64,000 nucleotides of DNA from Candidatus Latescibacterota bacterium. Its GTDB lineage: Bacteria > Latescibacterota > CBDEFO01. Under the pieces are notes generated by a model. That model ran no database searches and was not told the origin of the DNA. It was given only the letters and a program-made list of their open reading frames with translations. The DNA lies in the NCBI GenBank assembly GCA_965237525.1, contig CBDEFO010000008.1:384001-448000 (forward strand), given 5' to 3'. Positions 52,733-62,983 of the stretch are shown piece by piece. Within the stretch, counting starts at the first letter, position 1, and each line of letters opens with the position of its first letter. The position numbers were made by a program, and so were the translations under genes.

Positions 52733-53899
52733 CTATACCATTTTTTTCCTCATAAATGTGGGGTAATCTAATTTATCTAAATCCAAGTCGTTTGCTGCTT
52801 CTTCCTCTACCACCTTCTCATTTTCCTGTTCTAATTCCAAGGCCTGCCGGCTCTTTCTTATATAAGTCGGAAGTTCCATAGAACGAGATCTTTGATGCGG
52901 GAGGTCACCTATCTGTACTTCTGCCGACCTATCCTTGTTTTCTGTCTTGTTGAATCCCGTGGCGATGACCGTGACTCTTACCTCATCCCCAAGGGCCTCA
53001 TCTATTACCGCCCCCAGGATGATCTCAGCGTCATCCCCGACCGCCTCGTTAATTACCATTGTAGCGGCGGTAGTCTCGTGCAAAGTTAAATTGCTGCTGC
53101 CCGAAATATTAACAAGGACAGCCTTTGCCCCCTCAATCGAAACATCTTCCAAAAGCGGGTTCTTTATAGCCCTTTCCGCTGCTTCTTCAGCCCTTGTTTC
53201 TCCACCCGCGCACCCTGTCCCCATCAAAGCATCCCCTCCTTCAGACATAACCGTCTTCACATCCGAAAAATCCAGGTTGATGATCCCTGAATAAGCGATC
53301 AGATCCGAAATGCCCTTGGTAGCCTGAAGCAACACGTCATCCGCCATCCTGAAGGCTTCCTGAAGAGGCGTATCCTTAGCCGTTATAGACAGGAGCTTCT
53401 CATTGGGTATAGCTATCAGAGTATCCACCTTTTCCTTTAAATTGGCGATCCCATCATGAGCGTATCTCATCCTCGTCTTTCCCTCGCACACAAACGGCAA
53501 TGTCACAATCCCAATCGTTAGAGCCCCTAAATGCCTGGCTATCTCGGCCACCACAGGAGACGCCCCTGTCCCTGTTCCACCCCCCATCCCAGCTGTCACA
53601 AAGACCAGGTCCGCGTCGGCAAGCCCATCGGCTACCTGATCCCTGTCTTCCTCTATTGCCTGTCTCCCCACGTCCGGCTTTGCTCCCACCCCTAGCCCCC
53701 TTGTCACATTGTTCCCGATCTGCACCTTCTTGTCTGCCAGGGACGGCTCCAAGACCTGATGATCTGTGTTGATAGCTATAAATTCAACTCCTTTAAGCCC
53801 GGCTGTTACCATCCTATTTACAGCGTTTCCGCCCGCTCCCCCCACCCCCACCACTTTCATCTTAGCCCGCACGCCGCTATCTGCGATTACAAAATTCAT
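52733..53899 (-). CDS. ftsZ: Cell division protein FtsZ
   Basis: [32 protein letters not shown]-terminal PTFMRK. Confidence 0.98.
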   Translation of the reverse strand: MNFVIADSGVRAKMKVVGVGGAGGNAVNRMVTAGLKGVEFIAINTDHQVLEPSLADKKVQIGNNVTRGLGVGAKPDVGRQAIEEDRDQVADGLADADLVFVTAGMGGGTGTGASPVVAEIARHLGALTIGIVTLPFVCEGKTRMRYAHDGIANLKEKVDTLIAIPNEKLLSITAKDTPLQEAFRMADDVLLQATKGISDLIAYSGIINLDFSDVKTVMSEGGDALMGTGCAGGETRAEEAAERAIKNPLLEDVSIEGAKAVLVNISGSSNLTLHETTAATMVINEAVGDDAEIILGAVIDEALGDEVRVTVIATGFNKTENKDRSAEVQIGDLPHQRSRSMELPTYIRKSRQALELEQENEKVVEEEAANDLDLDKLDYPTFMRKKMV

Positions 53900-53933
53900 A
53901 GAATTTAGCGCAGGCGACTCCCACATTAAATAA

Positions 53934-53985
53934 GTAGACAGTGTACAGTAGACAGCACAGGTAGCGGAGGAGGTGTCCTGTCTAC
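53934..53985. repeat. GTAGACA heptamers plus GTAGACAG...CTGTCTAC element between ftsA and ftsZ
   Basis: Homologous to 2568-2603 in the opposite orientation. Confidence 0.65.
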
Positions 53986-54115
53986 GCCCGACCCCCAATA
54001 GATTCAGTTGGGAGTTCAATCGCGAGATGCTATCTACTTCATTTATGCGGGAGAGGAATGCGCCTTCCCCCTTTCTGAAGTTAGATTCCCCTTGACTATT
54101 AACCTTACTGAAAAC

Positions 54116-55360
54116 TTAGAAAAACTCTTTCAACCATTCTTTCATCCTAACAAATATCGCATCAAATAGTCTATCTCCCCTGACGCCCACCATTGCTCCC
54201 TCTCTCCCTAAGTTCTCAAACCCGTACAACACAAGTCCGACCCCGGTCGAGTACATAGGACTCTTAACCTCATCCACTAACCCGGTTATCCTTTGGGGAG
54301 CTCCCTGCCTTGTCGGCATATCGAACACCTTGCTTGCAAGCTCTAAAGAACCCTTGAGCATAGAACCTCCGCCCGTAAGCACGATCCCTGAAGCCAGAAC
54401 ATTCGTGTAATTCCAATTCTTCTTTATGTCTTCCAGAGCAAGAGTGAATATCTCCTGCATCCTCGGTTCAATTATAGACACTAATTCCACCCCGGGAACC
54501 TCGTGCGGCGGACGACCTCCGATGCCAGGGACGTTTATAGTCTCACCGTTTTCCACCTCGTCCAAAGAAGCGCATCCATATTCCCGCTTGATCTCCTCCG
54601 CCTGACCCCAGGCGGTTCTCAAGCCTATAGCTATGTCGTTCGTAACGTTCTGTCCACCCAAGCCTATCACGCTAGTATGCCGTATGCCACCGTCAAAAAA
54701 TATGGCTATATCCGTGGTACCTCCTCCCACGTCCAAAACCCCAACGCCGATCTCTTTCTCATCTTCGGACAGTACTGCACAGCTCGAAGCTAAGGGCTCT
54801 AATACCACGTCCATAACCTCTATCCCCGCCCTCCTTACGCTCTTAACGATATTCTGCGCCGAAGCCACAGCACCTGTCACAATGTGCACTTCCGCCTCGA
54901 GCCTTATACCCGATATCCCCACAGGATCTTTCACCCCTGACTGATCATCTACTATGAACTCCTGAGGAACAACGTGTATGATCTCCCTGTCTATCGGTAT
55001 CGCTATAGCCTTGGCATGATCTATCACCCGGTTCACGTCTGTCTGTGTGATCTCATTGTCGTTCCCAGTCACAGCCACCACACCCCTGCTGTTAAAACTG
55101 CGAATGTGATCTCCCGCTATCCCCACATAAGCAGAAGACACCTTCACCCCAGCCATCAATTCAGCTTCCCTTACTGCCTTTTCAATCGAATGAACCGTCT
55201 TGTCCACATTTACTACTACGCCGCGCCTCAAGCCGTCCGAGGAGCTATTCCCCACCCCGATTATTTTCAGATCGCCTCCCCCCTGATCCACCTCGGCTAT
55301 TATACCACATATCTTCGTCGTGCCTATGTCAAGACCGACGATCATCTCACCCTTCGCCAT
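54116..55360 (-). CDS. ftsA: Cell division protein FtsA
   Basis: GLDIGTTKI, DVGGGTTD, VLTGGG. Confidence 0.98.
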   Translation of the reverse strand: MAKGEMIVGLDIGTTKICGIIAEVDQGGGDLKIIGVGNSSSDGLRRGVVVNVDKTVHSIEKAVREAELMAGVKVSSAYVGIAGDHIRSFNSRGVVAVTGNDNEITQTDVNRVIDHAKAIAIPIDREIIHVVPQEFIVDDQSGVKDPVGISGIRLEAEVHIVTGAVASAQNIVKSVRRAGIEVMDVVLEPLASSCAVLSEDEKEIGVGVLDVGGGTTDIAIFFDGGIRHTSVIGLGGQNVTNDIAIGLRTAWGQAEEIKREYGCASLDEVENGETINVPGIGGRPPHEVPGVELVSIIEPRMQEIFTLALEDIKKNWNYTNVLASGIVLTGGGSMLKGSLELASKVFDMPTRQGAPQRITGLVDEVKSPMYSTGVGLVLYGFENLGREGAMVGVRGDRLFDAIFVRMKEWLKEFF

Positions 55361-55384
55361 TCTTCTTCCCCCTCTCCTTTAGAA

Positions 55385-56245
55385 CTATGATCTCCATCCT
55401 GCGACAATCCGTCCTTTAAATGTCAAATCTACATAGACAGGTCTCTCTATATAGTCAATCTGTAGATATTCGAGTAGAGCCCTTAAACTCTTAGCCTGTC
55501 TTTCCACATCATCCCATTTTCCCCTCACCTCAATCTCGTCTCCCACAAGGTAAAACACAACTCTCTGGGGGCTGTCCACCCTTATCTTTGAAATCTGACT
55601 TAGCATCAGCGGGTCTGCCCTTTTGAGCTCCTCAACAAACTTTATACCCTGCACAAGCTTTGCAGAGGAAAGCCGTTCACTAACCCTGTAGTTCTTGTCT
55701 TTTATCCCTGTAAGTATTGGGATATCAGGGAGATCTAAAATGTCCATCTCTGGAAGTAGCACTCCTTCTGCGTCCACCGGATAGAGCCCGTCTAAATCCA
55801 AAAACGCTATCGTCTCCCGCTCCTCCAACGATATTACGACAGTGCTGGGAAGCTTAACAGATACCTCCGCCCTTTTTACCATCGAATGACTCTCTACTTT
55901 GGCCGCCGCTTCCTCAAGATCAATATCGAAGATATTTTCCCCCTCCTCTATCCCTGCACACAAGATAACTTCATAATCTGTCAAAAGCCGATTTCTCTCG
56001 ACTTTGATCGTGTCCACCTTGAAAAAGGACGATTTCAACACATAGGATTTCAGCCTCAAAATCCCGCTTATGCCAATAAAAGCCGCAAAGAGAATCAAAA
56101 TGAGCTTCCTACGGGCATGCCGCCGCCGCATACTATATATAGCAGAGTCCTTCCTGCCTATCCCCGGCTTCGGGATCTTGTACCCCTTCTTATCCCGACG
56201 CGCCATCGTCTGTCTCTTTGTATATATCCTTTGACCAAGATTCAT
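55385..56245 (-). CDS. ftsQ: Cell division protein FtsQ/DivIB
   Basis: Basic N-terminus, TM, POTRA-like region (LPSTVVISLEER), position before ftsA. Confidence 0.88.
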   Translation of the reverse strand: MNLGQRIYTKRQTMARRDKKGYKIPKPGIGRKDSAIYSMRRRHARRKLILILFAAFIGISGILRLKSYVLKSSFFKVDTIKVERNRLLTDYEVILCAGIEEGENIFDIDLEEAAAKVESHSMVKRAEVSVKLPSTVVISLEERETIAFLDLDGLYPVDAEGVLLPEMDILDLPDIPILTGIKDKNYRVSERLSSAKLVQGIKFVEELKRADPLMLSQISKIRVDSPQRVVFYLVGDEIEVRGKWDDVERQAKSLRALLEYLQIDYIERPVYVDLTFKGRIVAGWRS

Positions 56246-56267
56246 AAACCTAAAGTCCCCGGGGCTT

Positions 56268-57662
56268 CTATGCCTTATTGCTCAGTAAATCCAACAGTCC
56301 CTCCGCTACTGAACCGATGTCTCCTGCACCCAAGGTTATGACAAGGTCCCCCGGCCTTACAATCTCCATCAACCTATATGGTATCTCGTCCTTATCGTTA
56401 ATGTACATAACTGAAGGATGACCGGAAGACCTTGCATAATCAACTATCAGTTCCCCGTTTACTCCTTCTATCGGCTCCTCTCTTGCCGTGTATATGTCAG
56501 TTATAACCGCTATATTGGCATCCTGGAAAGCCCGTCCGAAGTCCTGGCACAGCTTCAAAGTCCTGCTGTAGAGGTGAGGTTGAAAAACAGCTACCACCCT
56601 TGCTGCCCCCGTGTCTTTAGCGCACCCTAATGCAGCTTTTATCTCTGTGGGATGATGAGCATAGTCATCCACTACTGTTATCCCTGCTATTTGCCCTTTA
56701 TGTTCAAATCTCCGACTGACTCCTTGAAAACCCTCAAGCGATCCTCTTATCGTATCGAAGTCTATCTTCACCTCAAAACCTACAGCTATAGCTCCCAGAG
56801 CGTTTCTTACATTGTGAACCCCCGGATGACCTATATGAATATCTCCCATATCCGCACCCCGCACCTCCAGACCGAAATCAGCCTCAAATCCACGCACTCG
56901 GACATTCTTCGCCCGAAAGTCATTCCCCTCTGATATGCCGTACGTCACGATCCTGCTTCCGATCTGGGATGCAATATCCAATAGATTCTTATCATCTGCG
57001 CAAAGGATTACCCAACCATCTTTAGAGATCCTCCTGGTGTACTCCAAAAAAGCCGATTTGATCTGGCCTATGTCCCGGTAAGAGTCAAGATGCTCTAAAT
57101 CTATCGAAGTCAAGACGCAAAAAGTCGGATAAAGCTTCAAGAATGACCTGTCGAACTCATCTGCCTCGACCACCATCCATTCTCCAGACGGCTTCGGTGT
57201 TCGACTTCCAAGCCACGCGTTTGTTCCGAGATTCTGGATCTGTCCTCCAACTACCACAGTCGGATCAAATCCGCCCTCCAACAGTATAAGAGCTATCATG
57301 GCCGACACAGTAGTCTTTCCGTGTGTCCCCGCTATCCCTATACTTTTTTTGCCCTCCATCAGCCAATTCAACATCTCAGCTCTATGCAGGATCTGTATTG
57401 CCCTTTTTTGCGCCTCCTCTATTTCAGCATTGCAAAGCGGCACCGCGGACGAAAAGACAACAACATCGGCATCTCCTATGTTGGAAGCCCTGTGTCCCTC
57501 AAAGACTGTAGCCCCCTGTGATTCCAACCTATCCGTTATCTCTGTTCTTTTCAGATCCGACCCCGAAACAGCGCATCCCATCTCCAAGATCACCTGTGCA
57601 ATCCCACTCATTCCCGCTCCGCCGATGCCCACAAAATGGACCCTCTTAATTGCCCAGAGCAT
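56268..57662 (-). CDS. murC: UDP-N-acetylmuramate--L-alanine ligase
   Basis: GIGGAGMSG, GTHGKTT, EADEFD, DDYAHHPTEI. Confidence 0.97.
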   Translation of the reverse strand: MLWAIKRVHFVGIGGAGMSGIAQVILEMGCAVSGSDLKRTEITDRLESQGATVFEGHRASNIGDADVVVFSSAVPLCNAEIEEAQKRAIQILHRAEMLNWLMEGKKSIGIAGTHGKTTVSAMIALILLEGGFDPTVVVGGQIQNLGTNAWLGSRTPKPSGEWMVVEADEFDRSFLKLYPTFCVLTSIDLEHLDSYRDIGQIKSAFLEYTRRISKDGWVILCADDKNLLDIASQIGSRIVTYGISEGNDFRAKNVRVRGFEADFGLEVRGADMGDIHIGHPGVHNVRNALGAIAVGFEVKIDFDTIRGSLEGFQGVSRRFEHKGQIAGITVVDDYAHHPTEIKAALGCAKDTGAARVVAVFQPHLYSRTLKLCQDFGRAFQDANIAVITDIYTAREEPIEGVNGELIVDYARSSGHPSVMYINDKDEIPYRLMEIVRPGDLVITLGAGDIGSVAEGLLDLLSNKA

Positions 57663-57694
57663 TGCTCTACAAGTCCCGCTTTTGATGCAAGATC

Positions 57695-58825
57695 TTAATC
57701 CTGCGTTTGAATATGATCATGTTGCTTTATCAACCCCGCCTCGTATATCGAATCCACGATCTTACGTGCCGCCTCCGGCTCTGCCAACATCTTGCTTTTT
57801 TTTCCCATGCCCTCCAAAGAACTTCTATCGCTCAAGAGATACAAAATCTCCTTTTCGAGCCTCTCTCCGCTAAGATCCTCGTCCAGGATAAGGCTCGCCG
57901 CACCGAACCTGACCATGGACTCAGCGTTCTTCTGCTGATGATTTGCCGCAGCGGACGGAAGAGGTATAAGTATGGCCGGTAGTCCACACCGATTAAGATC
58001 TGCTATGGTCATCCCACCTGCGCGAGTCACTGCAAGATCTGCAGCCCCTAAGGCCTCAACCATGTTGTGTATAAAGTACCTAACCACTACCGGCACTTTT
58101 CTTGAAGTCACTTCTCTCTTCACGTGGCTGTAGTCTTTCTTCCCCGTCTGCCATATTATCTGGAGGTCCTCCACTTCGGAGAGCCTGTCTAGAGCCTCTA
58201 TCAAAGCCACATTGATACTGTGCGCTCCCTGGCTCCCCCCGAAGACTATGACCGTCCTCTTCTCCTCATCCAGACCCAGAGTCCTCCTCGCCTCTTCCTT
58301 ATCTATCGAGTTCAATTCCTGCCGTGTCGGATTTCCGCTTAGAATAAGGTTGTCCGTTCTCTTGAAATATTCCGCGGACTTCAGATACGAAAGATGCACC
58401 TGCCGCGCTATCCTCGAAAGGAGCCTTGTTGTGAGGCCAGGATAGATATTCTGCTCGTGAATTACACAGGGCAGTCTCAACAGATAAGCCGCCAAGATCA
58501 CCGGACCGCTCACATATCCTCCTGTGCCCACAGCTAAGGATGGCCTGAATCGCCTCAGAATCGCTATAGCCTCCAAAAGTCCTGTAAAGACTACGAACGG
58601 GAACTTGATTGTATCAAGAGAAGCCTGTCTTCTGAAGCCCATAGCCGATATAGTCACTATCCGATAGCCCGCCAGCGGAACCGTCCCCATCTCCACACCC
58701 CTTTTTGTGCCCACAAATAGAATTTCGGTCTCGGGCTCTCTCCTTTTTATCTCATCAGCGATAGCTATAGCGGGAAAGACATGTCCCCCTGTACCACCCC
58801 CTGCGATAGCGACCCTCACCACCAT
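57695..58825 (-). CDS. murG: Lipid II GlcNAc transferase
   Basis: GGGTGGH, GGYVS, HEQN, GGSQGA, HQQKNA. Confidence 0.97.
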   Translation of the reverse strand: MVVRVAIAGGGTGGHVFPAIAIADEIKRREPETEILFVGTKRGVEMGTVPLAGYRIVTISAMGFRRQASLDTIKFPFVVFTGLLEAIAILRRFRPSLAVGTGGYVSGPVILAAYLLRLPCVIHEQNIYPGLTTRLLSRIARQVHLSYLKSAEYFKRTDNLILSGNPTRQELNSIDKEEARRTLGLDEEKRTVIVFGGSQGAHSINVALIEALDRLSEVEDLQIIWQTGKKDYSHVKREVTSRKVPVVVRYFIHNMVEALGAADLAVTRAGGMTIADLNRCGLPAILIPLPSAAANHQQKNAESMVRFGAASLILDEDLSGERLEKEILYLLSDRSSLEGMGKKSKMLAEPEAARKIVDSIYEAGLIKQHDHIQTQD

Positions 58826-59970
58826 CTTGGACCCGACTTTCGAAGATCCATTCGCATGTCTTCTACACTGTGGCTCTGTCTGTATATATTAAGCAGAATC
58901 CCTGTGCCTATCATCATCGAGATTAAGGAAGAGCCCCCATAGCTGACGAACGGCAGAGGCAGTCCCGTAGTAGGAAGAAGATTTGTGACTACTCCCATAT
59001 TGATGGCCGCGTACACCCCTACTACAGCTGTTATCCCCACAGCCAGGAGAAATCCCTCAAGGTCCAGAGCGTTTCTAGCGATCCGGATGCCTTTTATCAC
59101 AAAAACTCCGAATAAACACAACACGAACATTGTCCCCACAAGCCCTAACTCCTCGCCCACGACAGAAAACACAAAATCAGTGTGCGGCTCCGGCAGAAAC
59201 AACAACTTCTGCTTGCTATTTCCGAAGCCCTGTCCAAATATCCCACCACTTCCCAATCCCAGAAGTGACTGATCAATCTGATAACTTACTCCTTTTGTAT
59301 CGTGAGTAATGTTTAAAAACGCCTGCATCCTGTCTCTCCTGTAATCCACCTGAAATATCAGCAGATACAAAACAGGTAAGATCACCAACCCCACACCCAA
59401 CAGATGTGAAAGCCTTGCGCCTCCTACGAACAGTAGAATAGAGACCACTATGCCAATAGCCACAGCCGTCCCCAAATTCGGCTGAATTACAATCAATCCC
59501 AAAGCAAAAGTCACAACTATAAGATAGGGCAAGAGTCCCTTGAAAAAGTGCCCCATATATCTTCGGCGTCGGACTAGAACATCTGCTGTATATATAACAA
59601 GTATGATCTTAATAAACTCTGAAGGCTGAAAAGAGCCCCACGAAGACACCCTTATCCACCGGCTGGCTCCATTTATCTCCCCTCCCACAAAAAATTTATA
59701 GATACAGAGCGCGAAAAGTGCCAATAATCCAAATGAAAGCGCAACTTTCGAATTCCTCAGCCAGAACCTGTAATCTATCCTCCTTACTATCAACAGAAAA
59801 GCTATCCCGACTACTGTCCTTATTACCTGCCTTTCCAGAAAAAAGCTGCTGCTTTCAAACCTCTCCATTGCCAGAGCCGCGCTCGAACTATAGACAAACA
59901 CCTGTCCCAATCCCACCAAAATCAACGTCAGAGACATCAAAAGTTTGTCGGTCCTGTCTTCCTTTTCCAT
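58816..59970 (-). CDS. ftsW: SEDS protein FtsW
   Basis: GASRWI, FQPSEF, LPEPHTDFVF, LPFVSYGGSS. Confidence 0.96.
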   Translation of the reverse strand: MEKEDRTDKLLMSLTLILVGLGQVFVYSSSAALAMERFESSSFFLERQVIRTVVGIAFLLIVRRIDYRFWLRNSKVALSFGLLALFALCIYKFFVGGEINGASRWIRVSSWGSFQPSEFIKIILVIYTADVLVRRRRYMGHFFKGLLPYLIVVTFALGLIVIQPNLGTAVAIGIVVSILLFVGGARLSHLLGVGLVILPVLYLLIFQVDYRRDRMQAFLNITHDTKGVSYQIDQSLLGLGSGGIFGQGFGNSKQKLLFLPEPHTDFVFSVVGEELGLVGTMFVLCLFGVFVIKGIRIARNALDLEGFLLAVGITAVVGVYAAINMGVVTNLLPTTGLPLPFVSYGGSSLISMMIGTGILLNIYRQSHSVEDMRMDLRKSGPRWW

Positions 59971-60076
59971 CCGCCTAACTGAAAGATTACTTCGTGCTGT
60001 TCCATTGACATTGCTCGGCTTCGACCTTCATTCATTCCGAGGGGCAAAACGCCGAAGCAATCCCCGACTATTGTTC

Positions 60077-61198
60077 TTATCGTATCTTCAAGGTGCTCAA
60101 ACCCACCAGCGCAAGAAGGATGCCTATTATCCAGAATCTGACGATGACCTGAGACTCAGTCCAGCCTTTTAATTCGAAGTGATGATGTATCGGAGCCATA
60201 AGAAAGACGCGCTTGCCTCGCCTTTTGAACGAAATCACCTGAAGCATGACTGACACCACCTCCGCCACAAAGATACCCCCTATCACAGGTAAAAGGAGCT
60301 CCTTTTTTATCAAGATAGCCACTGTCCCCAAGGAACCTCCCAAAGATAGAGCCCCCGTGTCCCCCATCCAGATCTTGGCAGGCGGAGAATTATACCATAA
60401 AAAACCCAAGGCTCCTCCCACTGCGCTCAGACAGAATACGCTCAACTCTCCGCTGCCCGGAAGGTATAATATATTCAAATATCCTGTAAAATCAACGCGT
60501 CCTGCTATGTATCCTATAACCGCAAAGGCGCTGAACGCTATCCCCACAAGCCCTGCAGCAAGGCCATCCAGTCCGTCTGTCAAATTCACAGCGTTGGAGG
60601 TCCCTGTGATCACCAAAGCTACAAACAAAATGTATATCCACCCGAAGGAGAGGCCAAAAAGTTCAAAGTCGAAGTTTATGATATGATTTTTGAAGAAGGG
60701 GAGCTCAGTTGTAGTCGCCAGTCTTGCTTCTTCGGGGGAAATGGACACCGCATATAGAAATACCCCTATAGATAAGCCTAAAATCATCTGACCTGCCAGT
60801 TTATATCTTCCGATCAAGCCCTTAGGAACCTTCTTTACCGCCCCCAGATAATCGTCAATAAAGCCGATTGCACCGAGCCACAGGGTAGAGAAAAGAACTA
60901 TGAGGATATAGGTGTTATTCAAACGTGCCCAAAGGAGCGTGGATATAGTTATCGCCAAAAGGATAATTATCCCGCCCATCGTAGGAGTCCCCTCTTTAGC
61001 AAGGTGCCCGGGAGGACCATCTTCCCTTACTTTCGGCTGCACCTTAAAGCTCTTCAACTTTCTTATGACATAAGGAGCTACAACAAGACTGATCAAAAGA
61101 GCAGTTATCGTCGCTCCGGCCGCCCTGAAGCTAATAAACCTAAATATCCCGAATCCCGGTAAAGTATCTCTTAAGGGATAAAACAGATGATAGAACAA
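60077..61198 (-). CDS. mraY: Phospho-MurNAc-pentapeptide transferase
   Basis: KEGTPTMGG, DDY, NAVNLTDGLDGL, MGDTG, MAPIHHHFE. Confidence 0.98.
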   Translation of the reverse strand: MFYHLFYPLRDTLPGFGIFRFISFRAAGATITALLISLVVAPYVIRKLKSFKVQPKVREDGPPGHLAKEGTPTMGGIIILLAITISTLLWARLNNTYILIVLFSTLWLGAIGFIDDYLGAVKKVPKGLIGRYKLAGQMILGLSIGVFLYAVSISPEEARLATTTELPFFKNHIINFDFELFGLSFGWIYILFVALVITGTSNAVNLTDGLDGLAAGLVGIAFSAFAVIGYIAGRVDFTGYLNILYLPGSGELSVFCLSAVGGALGFLWYNSPPAKIWMGDTGALSLGGSLGTVAILIKKELLLPVIGGIFVAEVVSVMLQVISFKRRGKRVFLMAPIHHHFELKGWTESQVIVRFWIIGILLALVGLSTLKIR

Positions 61199-61216
61199 CC
61201 TTCCTCCTTCGAAAAA

Positions 61217-62611
61217 CTACAGATCCAGTTCCTCCACAATCTCCTCCATCTTCATCCCTCTTGATCCCTTTATCAACACGACATCTCCTTTTTTGAGGAT
61301 GTTCTTTAGATACAAACTTAAGGCCTCTTTAACCTCAAAATGCTGGACATTCTCCTTGCTCATCCCTTCCTCCAGAGTTCCGACGCACATCTCCAGAGAA
61401 AGAGGTCCGAGCGCCAAAAGACGATCTATCTTGGATAGCCCGGCGTACCTGCCCACTTCCCTGTGAAGGTCTGGGCCCCTTTCCCCCATCTCCAACATGT
61501 CCCCCAAAACAGCTATCCTTCGCCCTCCCACACCAACTTCCATCCGGGAGAGTGTATCCAGTGCCGCCTTGCACGAGAGAGGATTGGAGTTGTAGGCATC
61601 GTCAATGACTTTCACGCCCTTCTTATGTATCAGTTTCATCCTCATAGGTGAAGGGCGGCAATTCTCCAGAGCCATCTTAATAGTCCCCATATCGAGCCCG
61701 AAATAGTCTCCCACAGCGGCGGCAGCCAGGGCGTTATAGACACTGTGTTTTCCAGGCAGGGCCAACCCAATCTGTGTTCCCAGAAGTGAAAATTGCGCGC
61801 ACCCGTTCCGGTCAAATCTGAGTTCTCTGCATCGAAAGTGGCTTTCCCTTTCGATGCTGAAACCAAGGAGTCTCCCCTTTATCGTATCTCTCTCCTTGTC
61901 CAAAATATCATCATCGAAGTTCAAGATAGCAGTTGACGATTTGTCCAGATATTCTAAAAGTTCCCATTTAGTGGCTGCGACATTCTCCAGCGATCCGAAG
62001 AACTCCAGATGAGCTGGCCCTATGTTTGTTATCATTCCTATGTTCGGATCAGCTATTCGGCAGAGATTAGTTATCCCGCCGGGCTCAGTTGCACCTAACT
62101 CCAAAACAGCAACTTCGTGCTCATCCGAAAGATTGAAGATAGTAAGAGGCAAACCGATTTTTGTGTTCAAATTCCCCTGTGTTTTTAAAACCCTGTATTT
62201 CGACGATAGGACATCGGCCGTCATTTCCTTCGTGGTCGTCTTGCCAGCGGTCCCCGTCACGGCTACCGTGGGGATCGAAAATCGCTTTCGACAGCTCTTT
62301 CCCAACAACCCCAAAGCTGAGATTGTATCTGCAACCCCGATTATGAACCTATCGCCTATCTTTGAACGATTGGCGTCCACCCAGGACCGAGAAGCCACGA
62401 CTCCACAGGCGTCCTTTTTGAAAGCATCAGCGATAAAGTCGTGCCCGTCGAACCTATTCCCCTTGATAGCGAAGAAAATCTCCCCTTCCTTTGAAGTCCG
62501 GGAATCTATCGAGACGCCCTTGGGTATCTTTCTTAAAAAAGATACATCCACTCCCTCTGCCGTTTCGCCATCTACTTCCTTACAGATGTCCTCTAAGCTT
62601 ATCTCTAACAT
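61217..62611 (-). CDS. murF: UDP-MurNAc-tripeptide--D-Ala-D-Ala ligase
   Basis: SIDSR, VTGTAGKTTTK, DDAYNSNP, LGDMLEMG, KGSRGM. Confidence 0.96.
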   Translation of the reverse strand: MLEISLEDICKEVDGETAEGVDVSFLRKIPKGVSIDSRTSKEGEIFFAIKGNRFDGHDFIADAFKKDACGVVASRSWVDANRSKIGDRFIIGVADTISALGLLGKSCRKRFSIPTVAVTGTAGKTTTKEMTADVLSSKYRVLKTQGNLNTKIGLPLTIFNLSDEHEVAVLELGATEPGGITNLCRIADPNIGMITNIGPAHLEFFGSLENVAATKWELLEYLDKSSTAILNFDDDILDKERDTIKGRLLGFSIERESHFRCRELRFDRNGCAQFSLLGTQIGLALPGKHSVYNALAAAAVGDYFGLDMGTIKMALENCRPSPMRMKLIHKKGVKVIDDAYNSNPLSCKAALDTLSRMEVGVGGRRIAVLGDMLEMGERGPDLHREVGRYAGLSKIDRLLALGPLSLEMCVGTLEEGMSKENVQHFEVKEALSLYLKNILKKGDVVLIKGSRGMKMEEIVEELDL

Positions 62612-62795
62612 CTCCAGAGTTGATCTTAAACGTGGTAATAATGTCCTTGCAAACATCGCAAATTGACCGAGTCACGCTTTTCGCGTCGATCTTATTGCCC
62701 TTGTAATAGGGATTATCAGGATCGATCTTATGGGGATATGACTCCCATTTGCCCTCTCTTGCTACTGCATTGCACCATTGGCACTGAATGATCAT
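62580..62795 (-). CDS. Small putative Zn-binding protein (CxxC...CxxC)
   Basis: IQCQWC...SICDVC; GAGGGAGG RBS-like sequence upstream; overlaps the murF start. Confidence 0.55.
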   Translation of the reverse strand: MIIQCQWCNAVAREGKWESYPHKIDPDNPYYKGNKIDAKSVTRSICDVCKDIITTFKINSGDVRDKLRGHL

Positions 62796-62908
62796 CTTTC
62801 TTAGAATCCCTCCCTCAAGGGCTCCCCTTTTCACTCATTCAAGCGCAAGGTAAAGCTTCAGCTCTCAAAGCAGCAAGATTTGGTAATCCCATCAAGTTTC
62901 CTGAGTTC

Positions 62909-62935
62909 GTAAGGGTGGGACAGTCCCGCCCTTAC
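62909..62935. repeat. REP-like palindrome
   Basis: GTAAGGGTGGGAC-A-GTCCCGCCCTTAC. Confidence 0.6.
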
Positions 62936-62983
62936 ATCTATGGTAAGTAGTAGTAGATAGCTCGTGGGGATGTTTTCAACTGC

